IMG/VR virus record: IMGVR_UViG_3300022750_000001
Location: 1-64,000 of that record
DNA: 64,000 nt
Reading direction: 5' to 3' (one strand)
Source of the DNA: a virus
The translations under genes were made by a program, and so were the position numbers. The notes under the pieces were generated by a model, which ran no database searches, was not told where the DNA came from, and saw only the letters and a program-made list of their open reading frames with translations. How positions within the stretch are numbered: position 1 is the first letter of the stretch; each line of letters begins with the position of its first letter. Below, piece after piece: positions 48,388 to 56,739 of this stretch.

Positions 48388-49163
48388 TACTTTATGATGT
48401 CAAGTGTCCTAAGAACTAGTGCTATACCTTCAATGAAGTCAGTCATAGTACCACTATTATCAATGCAAGCATAAAAACCATTCCAATCATTGAGGTCATT
48501 CTCTGAAGCATGTGTACCTTTGGTTACTCTATCATTGTTAATAAGTAGACAGATACCACCTCTTGAGTTGATTGCTTGACCTTCATTTTTGAAACGTAGG
48601 TCAGGAATAATCCATTTAGGATAGATAGGAGTAACTTCATTCTCTCCATGCTCATCTGTGTAAAAAAGACCATCCGAATGTTGAGTGCAATCATTTGTAG
48701 GTCTATAGTCAGCAAATAAGGCGTTTACATGAATGTTCTGATGTACTTTGTCTCTTAGGGCATCAGTTCCTACTCTTTGTAGCATCTCTCTTACTGTGAG
48801 TGGTCTTCTACCTGTACCAGTTTTAATCACCTCATCAAGAGAGATAAAACAACTCCACTCTTCCCCTAAGAGAGAGGATTTAACTGATTCTTTTTCAAGG
48901 TTTTCAACAGGAATACCTGTAAGTAGTGATACAATTTGTTTTAACTTGCCTGCAAATCTCTTGATTTCATACCCTGAGTACTGGCTTCTCATTGTACTAG
49001 TATAAGCTACAAATAATTCAAATGGTATATTGCTGTGATTAGGTAATCTATCAGTTCTAGTTATCCAATCCTTAAATATAAGCCACTGGATAATCTTAGC
49101 AGCGGTATCTTTACCACTGCCGATACTACCTGCAATCCCAATTAAGTTCTTATTAAATTCCAT
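48387..49163 (-). CDS. P-loop dNMP-kinase-family protein
   Basis: 258 aa. N-terminal Walker A GIAGSIGSGKDTAAK and an IPDLRFKNE motif, as in phage deoxynucleoside-monophosphate kinases (D-x-R-F-x-N-E). Substrate cannot be assigned from the sequence. Confidence 0.55.
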   Translation of the reverse strand: MEFNKNLIGIAGSIGSGKDTAAKIIQWLIFKDWITRTDRLPNHSNIPFELFVAYTSTMRSQYSGYEIKRFAGKLKQIVSLLTGIPVENLEKESVKSSLLGEEWSCFISLDEVIKTGTGRRPLTVREMLQRVGTDALRDKVHQNIHVNALFADYRPTNDCTQHSDGLFYTDEHGENEVTPIYPKWIIPDLRFKNEGQAINSRGGICLLINNDRVTKGTHASENDLNDWNGFYACIDNSGTMTDFIEGIALVLRTLDIIK

Positions 49164-49638
49164 CTTCTTTAGGTTTATGTTGGTTATGAATACTTTGTAA
49201 TTTCTCGTTTAACATTTGGAATGCCATTCTTAATGCATTAATCATGCATAAACCCTCATTGCCATAGACCATACCTATTGTGAAAGTATCATCAACAAAA
49301 TCTGTCATGAATGTACCTTCACTATAGTCTACTACTTGGAATGAAAATCCTGGCTTAGTTGGATGTGGTGAAGATATAACTGACATATTCCACTTAAGAA
49401 AGAATTTAACTAAAACACCTCTTTGAAAATCTAAAGGTAATTCATGGAACTTAGGTGCTTTCCTTAGTTCTATACCTTCAGCATCAGCACATACTGATGT
49501 ACCTTCTCCAAAGATATTACTCCAAAGTATATCTTTCTTATAAGTGTCTATCCACTTACTGAAGTCTTCCATAGCTAAAGGAAATTCTTTAGATATGGAA
49601 TTAAAAAATGTTTGTTTACTGAGTGACACTATCTCCAT
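49153..49638 (-). CDS. hypothetical protein
   Basis: 161-aa ATG ORF. Confidence 0.5.
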   Translation of the reverse strand: MEIVSLSKQTFFNSISKEFPLAMEDFSKWIDTYKKDILWSNIFGEGTSVCADAEGIELRKAPKFHELPLDFQRGVLVKFFLKWNMSVISSPHPTKPGFSFQVVDYSEGTFMTDFVDDTFTIGMVYGNEGLCMINALRMAFQMLNEKLQSIHNQHKPKEDGI

Positions 49639-49936
49639 TATATTTAAGTTTTAAGGTTTCTAACTGTTCTTTAAGTAGTCTGAGTTCATTTATCTCTGCT
49701 ATACAGGTCTTACCAAAGATTCCTCTTTGATAGTCATGTTTAACCCTCATTACAAAAGAGTCAAATTGATTTTTAACAACTTCATCATTAGCTATATCAT
49801 CAACTCTAAGTATAGTAGTCATTTGAGCCAAAACTGTTTGTATAGCTATCTCTATAGCTACTAATTCTAAATCTTTCCCCTTTAACTCCCTAAGTGTATT
49901 GGCTATTCTTGCAACTAATTCATCTGATGTTATCAT
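49616..49936 (-). CDS. hypothetical protein
   Basis: The track start at 49981 is TTG and lies inside a hairpin. The first ATG at 49936 (MITSDELVARI...) follows the hairpin and gives a 106-aa helical protein. Confidence 0.45.
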   Translation of the reverse strand: MITSDELVARIANTLRELKGKDLELVAIEIAIQTVLAQMTTILRVDDIANDEVVKNQFDSFVMRVKHDYQRGIFGKTCIAEINELRLLKEQLETLKLKYNGDSVTQ

Positions 49937-49955
49937 TATTTTATGATTTAAGTAT

Positions 49956-49978
49956 AGGGCAGCTATTTCAACTGCCCT
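49956..49978 (-). terminator. intergenic hairpin (weak terminator or RNA-processing candidate)
   Basis: 7-bp G/C-rich stem AGGGCAG (49956-49962) / CTGCCCT (49972-49978). It sits just downstream of the stop at 49986 on the minus strand, followed by A/T-rich sequence. Confidence 0.3.
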
Positions 49979-49985
49979 CAATTCA

Positions 49986-50579
49986 CTATTTAGAAAAATT
50001 TAGGTTATTAATTACTTCTTCTTCAATCTTTGCAGGGAAGTCAAGTTCATAATGATTACCAATATCTGTTGGTTTAATGACTACTTTAAATTCATCATAT
50101 AGTTGCTTAGAGAAGTCCTCTTTATAAGTCTCATCTTTGATAAGTACTTTAGCTACATTAACATCAGATATTAGTTCATTAATCTCCTTAGTAGTATACA
50201 TCTTACTATACTCTCCTTTATTAAAGGGTTCTAGTATATGACGAAACTGTTCAGGAAACTTTAATACTAATACGTGTAAGAAGCCCTCTGATAAATCATC
50301 ATAGGCATAATCTTCTTCATATATATTTGCATTAAATGGTTCTCTTATCCAATTAAGGAAGGAGTTTAGGTCTTTACTTTGTCTTGAGTCTATCAAAACA
50401 AATATGTAATTACCTATAGTGATATTCTTACTTACTGTAATAATATCACCAAGCCCATAGGCAAGCTTAAAAATAAGGTCTTGAAATTTATTTGTAAACT
50501 CTGTGCCATAGACTTTAAGAACAGGACTAATGTACTTTTTAGTCTTATTCATTAAAACATTACCAAGCTGAATTTTCAT
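49986..50579 (-). CDS. hypothetical protein
   Basis: 197-aa ATG ORF. Confidence 0.5.
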   Translation of the reverse strand: MKIQLGNVLMNKTKKYISPVLKVYGTEFTNKFQDLIFKLAYGLGDIITVSKNITIGNYIFVLIDSRQSKDLNSFLNWIREPFNANIYEEDYAYDDLSEGFLHVLVLKFPEQFRHILEPFNKGEYSKMYTTKEINELISDVNVAKVLIKDETYKEDFSKQLYDEFKVVIKPTDIGNHYELDFPAKIEEEVINNLNFSK

Positions 50580-51708
50580 GCTTAATTCCTCCCCAACCTA
50601 GTTGTAAAATACCATTGCTCTCCACTATATCTTTCTCTTTTTCGAAACCATGTTCGATATACCATTTATGTCTGATAACTAAATCATTCACACCTAGTAT
50701 CTTTTGATTAGGTATCTGTCTTAAAGTAGCTTTACCTAATCTATCAAATCCTGAGTACTCAGAAACTGATTGCATACCATACATAGCTACACCCATAAGG
50801 TCATCAGTACACTCAAAGAACAATGGTTCTCCTTGATTACCTGGCTTTGTAGTCTCTACAATAAATGCAGGGTTTCTAACTACATACCTTGAAAGAGCAT
50901 CAAAGAATCCACACTCATTAGTATACCACCAAAAAGCTGCAATAGAATACCAAGCACCTTGAATATCATATCTTCTTTGTTTAAGAGAGTTTGGAAAATT
51001 CAAACTAACATCAAACATTGTCTTAAAATCCACCACCTGTATTGTTTTCTTTATGTGGTCAACTATAAGTATGTCTAACATTGCTTTATACTCTACTCCC
51101 ATATACTCAAAGTATATAATCTTTTGGAAGTATACATCAATACCTTGTTGTTCAGTAAATAACCAAGCAAAGTTATGATGATTTTTGATAGACTGAGTTA
51201 CTCTTGATACTGTAGTATATTGGTCTAAACCTAATACTGTTTTACCTAAAGCATCTACTAGTGATTTATAGTATTCACCACCTTCTACTCTGATTTTCTC
51301 TATCCTAGTTTCTATCTTCCACTTAGGATAGTAACTATGAGATTCAATAGATGACGATATATTATCATCACTAATTGAGGCTATAGTATTGGGTACACTA
51401 CCATCTTCTGATAAAGCTACTTGTACATCAAATATTTGATTTACGATAGACATAATGGTATCACTAGGCTTCTTTACATCTGAAACATGATATAAATTAT
51501 TAAAGTCTTCAGGACGACCTGTAAGTATACAGTCAACTGCTGAACCTACAACTAAGTGTTCCTTCTCTTCAAAGTACATTGTTGCACTTCTCTCATCTGA
51601 ATCTAGGAAAAGTCTTAAACTCTTTCCTATTAGCTTCAGTTTACTTTGACCAACCCTAGGGCTAGCAAAATATTCATCAATTTCCTCCTTGCTTGCTCTG
51701 TATATCAT
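50560..51708 (-). CDS. PD-(D/E)xK exonuclease (RecB-like nuclease fold)
   Basis: 382 aa. Motifs FEYMGVEYKAMLDILIVD, TIQVVDFKT (D-x-K) and RRYDIQGAWYS (QxxxY), in canonical order at aa ~200-255. Confidence 0.55.
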   Translation of the reverse strand: MIYRASKEEIDEYFASPRVGQSKLKLIGKSLRLFLDSDERSATMYFEEKEHLVVGSAVDCILTGRPEDFNNLYHVSDVKKPSDTIMSIVNQIFDVQVALSEDGSVPNTIASISDDNISSSIESHSYYPKWKIETRIEKIRVEGGEYYKSLVDALGKTVLGLDQYTTVSRVTQSIKNHHNFAWLFTEQQGIDVYFQKIIYFEYMGVEYKAMLDILIVDHIKKTIQVVDFKTMFDVSLNFPNSLKQRRYDIQGAWYSIAAFWWYTNECGFFDALSRYVVRNPAFIVETTKPGNQGEPLFFECTDDLMGVAMYGMQSVSEYSGFDRLGKATLRQIPNQKILGVNDLVIRHKWYIEHGFEKEKDIVESNGILQLGWGGIKHENSAW

Positions 51709-52186
51709 GTTCCATTTGTTTTTGATAAGCTTTTACTAATTTTAAAAAATCTTTGAAAGTCATGTGAACCATAGCATCATAGTCTGACCTGCGATACTGG
51801 TCTTCATCCTTTCTCTTGTGATGTAGAACAGCCTTTGGTAAAGTGTGTATTATATCATAAGCAGGATAGTTTTCAACTAACTTAGCTTCCATAGCTTTTA
51901 ATATGGAAGTTGGTGTCATGTTTTGTTGAAACCCTGCCTTGATTTGCAGGTTAACAGGAATATGAGTTAAATCTACCTTACAGGAGTCTAACATCTTATT
52001 CCCATTTCTGCTTGTCTTACACATAGGAAATCCTTCTGCCTGAAATATCAGAGCATACTCTCTCTCTATACCATTACCATAAGCTTTGTTCTTAACACCT
52101 TGAGGTATATTCCTTTTGACTTTGACTTCAAATTCAAAAACCTCTTCTTTTTCTTCTTCGTTACTGTAGTTCTCTTGCGATTCCAT
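51677..52186 (-). CDS. possible restriction-endonuclease-fold protein (Holliday-junction-resolvase-like)
   Basis: 169 aa. GIEREYALIFQAEGFPMCKTSR...KVDLTHIPVNLQIKAG loosely fits the E...D...(E/Q)xK pattern of Hjc-like resolvases. The call is weak. Confidence 0.3.
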   Translation of the reverse strand: MESQENYSNEEEKEEVFEFEVKVKRNIPQGVKNKAYGNGIEREYALIFQAEGFPMCKTSRNGNKMLDSCKVDLTHIPVNLQIKAGFQQNMTPTSILKAMEAKLVENYPAYDIIHTLPKAVLHHKRKDEDQYRRSDYDAMVHMTFKDFLKLVKAYQKQMEHDIQSKQGGN

Positions 52187-52835
52187 TTATTACATCATTA
52201 GTTAAACCATCTAAGTACTCTCTTCTTGCTGCTAAAGTAGGAAACTTGTTTTGTAATTGTATTGGATTCCAACACCATTGATTAATATTATCAGTGATAA
52301 TAGTATCAACACCCTGTTGCCACAAGATGTTGAGTACATACTTCTTTAAAATATTATAAAAGGTTTTGTGTTCGGGTAACTCAAGTTGACGATTAATGAT
52401 TGCGACTAACCCCTTAGGGTCTAAATCTCCATTCCTAAGATTACCTCCAAAGAGATATGACTTCTTATAGCATAGTGTATATAAGAATAGTGGTTGCCCA
52501 CTTACGTATATAAATACATTTTGCTTAGAAGTATAGTATGTATAATCTCCCTTATTGTAACCAAAAGATAAACCACCAGTTGCAATAAAAGCTCTAAAAT
52601 GATTAAGCTTATTACTTGAACCAAGTCTAGGCTTAGGGAAATTATATATACAAAATCTATAGTCTGCCTGTTGCTTAAAGTCTGCAAGAGGTATTCCATG
52701 AATAGGGATATAGTCGTTCTCAATAGAAGAAGACCTAATTAACCAGTCACTAGCAGACACCCTACTTGGGATGTAACTACCCTGTAAAATCTGTGTAGGT
52801 TGAATTAGATTATTAGCTTCTTCTGACATTAACAT
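52161..52835 (-). CDS. hypothetical protein (last gene of the Ubl/JAB/E1 block)
   Basis: 224-aa ATG ORF starting 10 nt after the E1-like gene stop. No motif recognised. Confidence 0.55.
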   Translation of the reverse strand: MLMSEEANNLIQPTQILQGSYIPSRVSASDWLIRSSSIENDYIPIHGIPLADFKQQADYRFCIYNFPKPRLGSSNKLNHFRAFIATGGLSFGYNKGDYTYYTSKQNVFIYVSGQPLFLYTLCYKKSYLFGGNLRNGDLDPKGLVAIINRQLELPEHKTFYNILKKYVLNILWQQGVDTIITDNINQWCWNPIQLQNKFPTLAARREYLDGLTNDVINGIARELQ

Positions 52836-52845
52836 ATTGTCCTCC

Positions 52846-53589
52846 TTACTGTGTTAAAAAGTCTAGTGGTATAAGATACTCCCAAGTGTAAGGTACTACT
52901 CTACTAGCTTCACCAGTTTTAACATTGGTGTAGTGATTAGTGAAGAAACCTACCATGTGAGATGCTATCATCATAGCACTATGTGATGTTTGTTTTGCTG
53001 TACATACTGCATCTTCAGCTTCAGAACTTGAAAATAAATGATTAGTCCTGTAGTCTTCAATGTTGGCTGCATCATCTCCCCTAAGACAGAAAATCTGTAG
53101 CTGTTCAAATGTAAGACGACCATCAATGTAGATAGCATTTGGATTACCCTCATTGGCAGCTATCCAGTTGTGAAAGTAAAGATTCCTAGCTTCCATATTA
53201 TCAAATCCTGATAACATGAACTCATGCGCCATAGAGTCTTTATCATAAGCTGAATTGTAAGCATAGATAGGACTACCTGCAAAGTCTAGTATATTAACTG
53301 CTAATGCACCTACTTTACTAACACCTATATCCCCTCTCTTACAAAACTGCCCTGCCATATTATGTTCTTCAAATAAATCGAAGTCCCATACATGACATAC
53401 AAAGCCTGCTCTAACCATAGCTAAAGCTAACCAAGATGAAATTCCTCCCGCACCACCTATAAACACTTCCACTTCTCCTTTTTTAGGGAACCAAGGCGCA
53501 CCACTAAATCTGCTAAACTTAGCTTCTACGATTTCTTTAGGAGCAGTAGTATCTTCTACTACTGCCTCCTGATTTAATTCTTCACTCAT
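52846..53589 (-). CDS. ThiF/MoeB/E1-like adenylyltransferase
   Basis: 247 aa. Rossmann nucleotide loop VFIGGAGGISSWLALAMVRAGF, then WDFDLFEEHNMAGQF (cf D.D.V..SNL.RQ). FDNMEARN (cf TDN...R) and a C-terminal AVCTAKQTSHSAMMIASHMVG segment are colinear with ThiF. No E2 or rhodanese fusion. Confidence 0.65.
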   Translation of the reverse strand: MSEELNQEAVVEDTTAPKEIVEAKFSRFSGAPWFPKKGEVEVFIGGAGGISSWLALAMVRAGFVCHVWDFDLFEEHNMAGQFCKRGDIGVSKVGALAVNILDFAGSPIYAYNSAYDKDSMAHEFMLSGFDNMEARNLYFHNWIAANEGNPNAIYIDGRLTFEQLQIFCLRGDDAANIEDYRTNHLFSSSEAEDAVCTAKQTSHSAMMIASHMVGFFTNHYTNVKTGEASRVVPYTWEYLIPLDFLTQ

Positions 53590-53590
53590 T

Positions 53591-54811
53591 TTAAGAGATT
53601 ACTTCTAAATTTTGTAATTGATTACCAAACTGTTTCATCATACTGATAACATCATGTATGAAGTGTGCATAAGCAGGATTATCTTCATACTCCTCAATAT
53701 GCTCTAGGAAAGTATCAGTAGCATCTATGAAATCTTCCATTGATGTTTCAGTAGTCCCAGGTCTTAACTCAAAGAACTCATCATACCAATCAATAAACTT
53801 ATCTACTATGAAAGAGGCTACTTCCATACCTGCTCCATACTGAGTTTGTTCTGCTAAGTCATCTAATGCTGATACTAAATCATCATCAGGAACTGATACA
53901 GAATATCTAAGTACATAGGCTGCAAACTGCTCATCCTGTGTTACTAGTACTTCTTCCTTACTAGCTAATTTAAGCGAAGATTTTCCATTTGGGTAAATAT
54001 CCTCTGACCCTTTTCCCCAACCCGTTTTTGTTCCACCACCATTTCCGCTGTGGAACTGATTGTACTGCTCCTGCTGTTGTTGGTTGAACTTTTGTTGACT
54101 CGGTTGGGGTAAGTACTTTTTTTCTTCAGCAAGTTTAGCTGCCGCTGCTGCTGCCCTATTAGCAGATAACTCTACCACCTTGGTAAGTCTCTCCTTATAA
54201 GTATCTTCTATCTCTACTTTAACTTGAGGTGTATGAATATCACATTCGTACTTCAATAGTACTTGGTCATCATTCTTGATACTAAAACTAACATCAAACT
54301 CTTCCCCATTCTCATCCTTAGTTTTATAAGTATAGTTTGGAGTAGACCCAATAGAAGCGACTAATGCAGTCATTTCCATAAAGTTATTGACAATTAATGA
54401 CAGATAGAAATTATGAACTAAAGAATTTTCATGTAATTCATCATCATCTGTACCTGAGAAGAAAACTCTCATCTTATTGTGAGAATGGATGTGACCTACT
54501 TTAGCAAAACCCCATACTTCAGGGTCTTCCATGATTTTATTCATGTGGAAGTCTGCTACATCTGCATCAAACTCGTATGAAGTATAGGTAGCTGTACCCT
54601 TATCCATCAAGAAGATGTCAAGTATATCTATAGAGAGGTTTGCTTTATCTCTCATACTACCATTAAGTTTGTAAAATAGTACTCCTGACCATTCTACTTC
54701 GTAAATTTGTTGACAAGTATATCTAATCTTATCAAAAATTTCTTGGCTGATGTGCAACTGCATACGCTCTGCTTGCAATATCGGTCTCAATTTTTTGTTT
54801 ATTGGCTGCAT
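53591..54811 (-). CDS. JAB/MPN (JAMM) metallopeptidase with orphan C-terminal domain
   Basis: 406 aa. Complete JAMM signature: Glu in YEVEWSGV, then H109-S-H111-x7-S119-x2-D122 (GHIHSHNKMRVFFSGTDDDE, nt 54446-54487). A Gln-rich linker and an acidic domain of about 150 aa follow. An alternative ATG at 54763 would shorten the overlap with the upstream gene from 80 to 32 nt. Confidence 0.7.
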   Translation of the reverse strand: MQPINKKLRPILQAERMQLHISQEIFDKIRYTCQQIYEVEWSGVLFYKLNGSMRDKANLSIDILDIFLMDKGTATYTSYEFDADVADFHMNKIMEDPEVWGFAKVGHIHSHNKMRVFFSGTDDDELHENSLVHNFYLSLIVNNFMEMTALVASIGSTPNYTYKTKDENGEEFDVSFSIKNDDQVLLKYECDIHTPQVKVEIEDTYKERLTKVVELSANRAAAAAAKLAEEKKYLPQPSQQKFNQQQQEQYNQFHSGNGGGTKTGWGKGSEDIYPNGKSSLKLASKEEVLVTQDEQFAAYVLRYSVSVPDDDLVSALDDLAEQTQYGAGMEVASFIVDKFIDWYDEFFELRPGTTETSMEDFIDATDTFLEHIEEYEDNPAYAHFIHDVISMMKQFGNQLQNLEVIS

Positions 54812-56651
54812 ATTCTAATTTATCTTTAATGTATTTTACTACATTGTTGTTAATGTAAAAAACCTGTCTGTTTATATTCTCTTCTGACACTTGAGTGTCT
54901 TCTAAGACTTCGAAGTATTGATTTTCTCCCCTAAAGAGAAGAGGATAAGTAGCTGCCGTATCTTCTCCGCCTAAACTTTCGAATCTCTCGGAAGCAGGCA
55001 TTGAATATTGTTGTGAAGCTGAAACTTTATGATATAATCCTTGAGCATCTTTAAAGTATAATAACCCCCTAACAGGAATACGATTATGTAACGTATTTAG
55101 ATAGTCATACTCACCTACAGTATCAAATATCCTACAGAAATCTTGTAATAGGTCATCATCTTGTATAGTAACTACACCATCAGGAGATATATTCCAATTT
55201 AATCTTTTAGGTACATTAGTAGACCTTCTCTTTATCATAAGTGCTTTGTAGTATCTCTCTACATAATCATAGCCATCACATATCTCTGTACCTACACTGG
55301 CACCTAATACGTTAGCTATCCTTACATAAGGTCCTCCCTCTAAGGATTCCCAAACAGTATAAGCTTCTAATTGGAATAATAGCATCTGAAAGGTGTACAT
55401 ATCAATACCTAAATCACTACCTAGTAATGATATAGTCTGTGAAATTTCACCTGAACCTAAACAGCATCCATTAAAAGTCATATAAGAAGATATAGTGCCT
55501 CTAGCCCTCATGTGACTAAAAGCATATTGGGCAGCTACCTCTCTTGAGGTAGGACTTGTTCTCATACCTTCTAAACCTTTGCCATTGAATTTCAAAGGTT
55601 TAATAGAATACTCTATACCATTAACCTCATCATAAGGTCTAAATACAGTACTATCACCACAATTATTAGATACAAGTTCTAACATATTATCTAAACCACC
55701 TCTGAAGCATATCCTATCTGAATATGCACTACCTCTACCTACTAGTTTAAACTTATAGTATAGATTCGTGAGTACCATTGACATACCTCTGTCATTACTA
55801 ACTGTAACTTGAGGGAACTTAATGATAATATCAATTTGTGATATGAATTTAATGCTAGGTATAGGTCTTGTCACAGTTGGAGAATCTGCATCTTCTATCC
55901 TACTCCAATCATAGTTATCCCAATACCACTGTATTGTATCTCCTTCCACTCCAAAATAGCAACCATAAGGTTGTATATCTCTCGATGCACGATTATAATT
56001 AGGATTATCAAAGTGACCTCTCATATCAAACTTACTTAGCCTAAGCTGTAAGTCCCAATTGCCTGGGTATGTAGATTCACAACAATCTTTAATAATCTGT
56101 ATTTGGGTGTATGTTTCTAAGGCTAACCAACCTTCTTGTACTTTAGAGTATAACCACTCATTATCTAGCATCTTCTGTTGAGTATTATACTCATTCTCTT
56201 CTAATTCTAGACCGTAGTTACTTACTTCATATACTTGTATTTGTCTTAATCCATTTGTTGATAGATTGACTGGTTGTTCCTCAAAATCCGCAAAGGGGTT
56301 CATAGCTTCTACTTGTGCTACCTCATTATCTTCACTATGTAGCATATCATCAAGAGTCTGTCTCATACGTTCAGATTCTTCAGGTGATACTGTAGGTGCA
56401 GGTGATACTAAATCTGTGAATACAGCTGTTGTAGAGTCTGGAGAATATGGGTCATAACCTACTGCGTAACTATTACCACTAATAAAGACACCAGTACCAG
56501 TACTAGTTGTATATTCAATACCTGACCTGTTCTCATATCTAAAAATAGGTCTACCATTATTATCAAAGTCTCCTGTATCAACTCTAACTGGCTCTTCTAT
56601 ATTAACAGGTCTGAATAAATCTTCGGTGTCATCTTCTATTATAATATCCAT
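54732..56651 (-). CDS. hypothetical 639-aa protein (between the Ubl-like gene and the JAB gene)
   Basis: Long ATG ORF with an acidic N-terminus and a Cys/aromatic-rich core. No motif could be assigned with confidence. Confidence 0.6.
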   Translation of the reverse strand: MDIIIEDDTEDLFRPVNIEEPVRVDTGDFDNNGRPIFRYENRSGIEYTTSTGTGVFISGNSYAVGYDPYSPDSTTAVFTDLVSPAPTVSPEESERMRQTLDDMLHSEDNEVAQVEAMNPFADFEEQPVNLSTNGLRQIQVYEVSNYGLELEENEYNTQQKMLDNEWLYSKVQEGWLALETYTQIQIIKDCCESTYPGNWDLQLRLSKFDMRGHFDNPNYNRASRDIQPYGCYFGVEGDTIQWYWDNYDWSRIEDADSPTVTRPIPSIKFISQIDIIIKFPQVTVSNDRGMSMVLTNLYYKFKLVGRGSAYSDRICFRGGLDNMLELVSNNCGDSTVFRPYDEVNGIEYSIKPLKFNGKGLEGMRTSPTSREVAAQYAFSHMRARGTISSYMTFNGCCLGSGEISQTISLLGSDLGIDMYTFQMLLFQLEAYTVWESLEGGPYVRIANVLGASVGTEICDGYDYVERYYKALMIKRRSTNVPKRLNWNISPDGVVTIQDDDLLQDFCRIFDTVGEYDYLNTLHNRIPVRGLLYFKDAQGLYHKVSASQQYSMPASERFESLGGEDTAATYPLLFRGENQYFEVLEDTQVSEENINRQVFYINNNVVKYIKDKLEYAANKQKIETDIASRAYAVAHQPRNF

Positions 56652-56683
56652 AACTAATTAAATTAAGTTGGTAAATAAATTAA

Positions 56684-56713
56684 ATAGTGTAGCCTAATAA
56701 AAGACTACACTAT
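56684..56713 (-). terminator. hairpin (probable partial terminator) after the Ubl/H1-like gene
   Basis: 9-bp stem ATAGTGTAG (56684-56692) / CTACACTAT (56705-56713) with a 12-nt loop. On the minus strand it is followed by TTTAATTTAATTTATTT. It lies in the 88-nt gap between the 216-aa and 639-aa genes. Confidence 0.45.
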
Positions 56714-56739
56714 TCTTTATCTATTAGGTTAACTTAATG

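Noticed and set aside
54732-56651. Possible nucleotidyltransferase motif (LGSGEISQTISLLGSDLGID) and possible E2-like HPN...C element (FDNPNYNRASRDIQPYGC) in the 639-aa orphan.
   Set aside because: The first lacks a proper h-G-S...D-x-D arrangement because an extra residue splits the Asp pair. The second has the wrong spacing and no His. Both are too weak to assign. The protein is left as an orphan, although an E2-like role remains worth testing.
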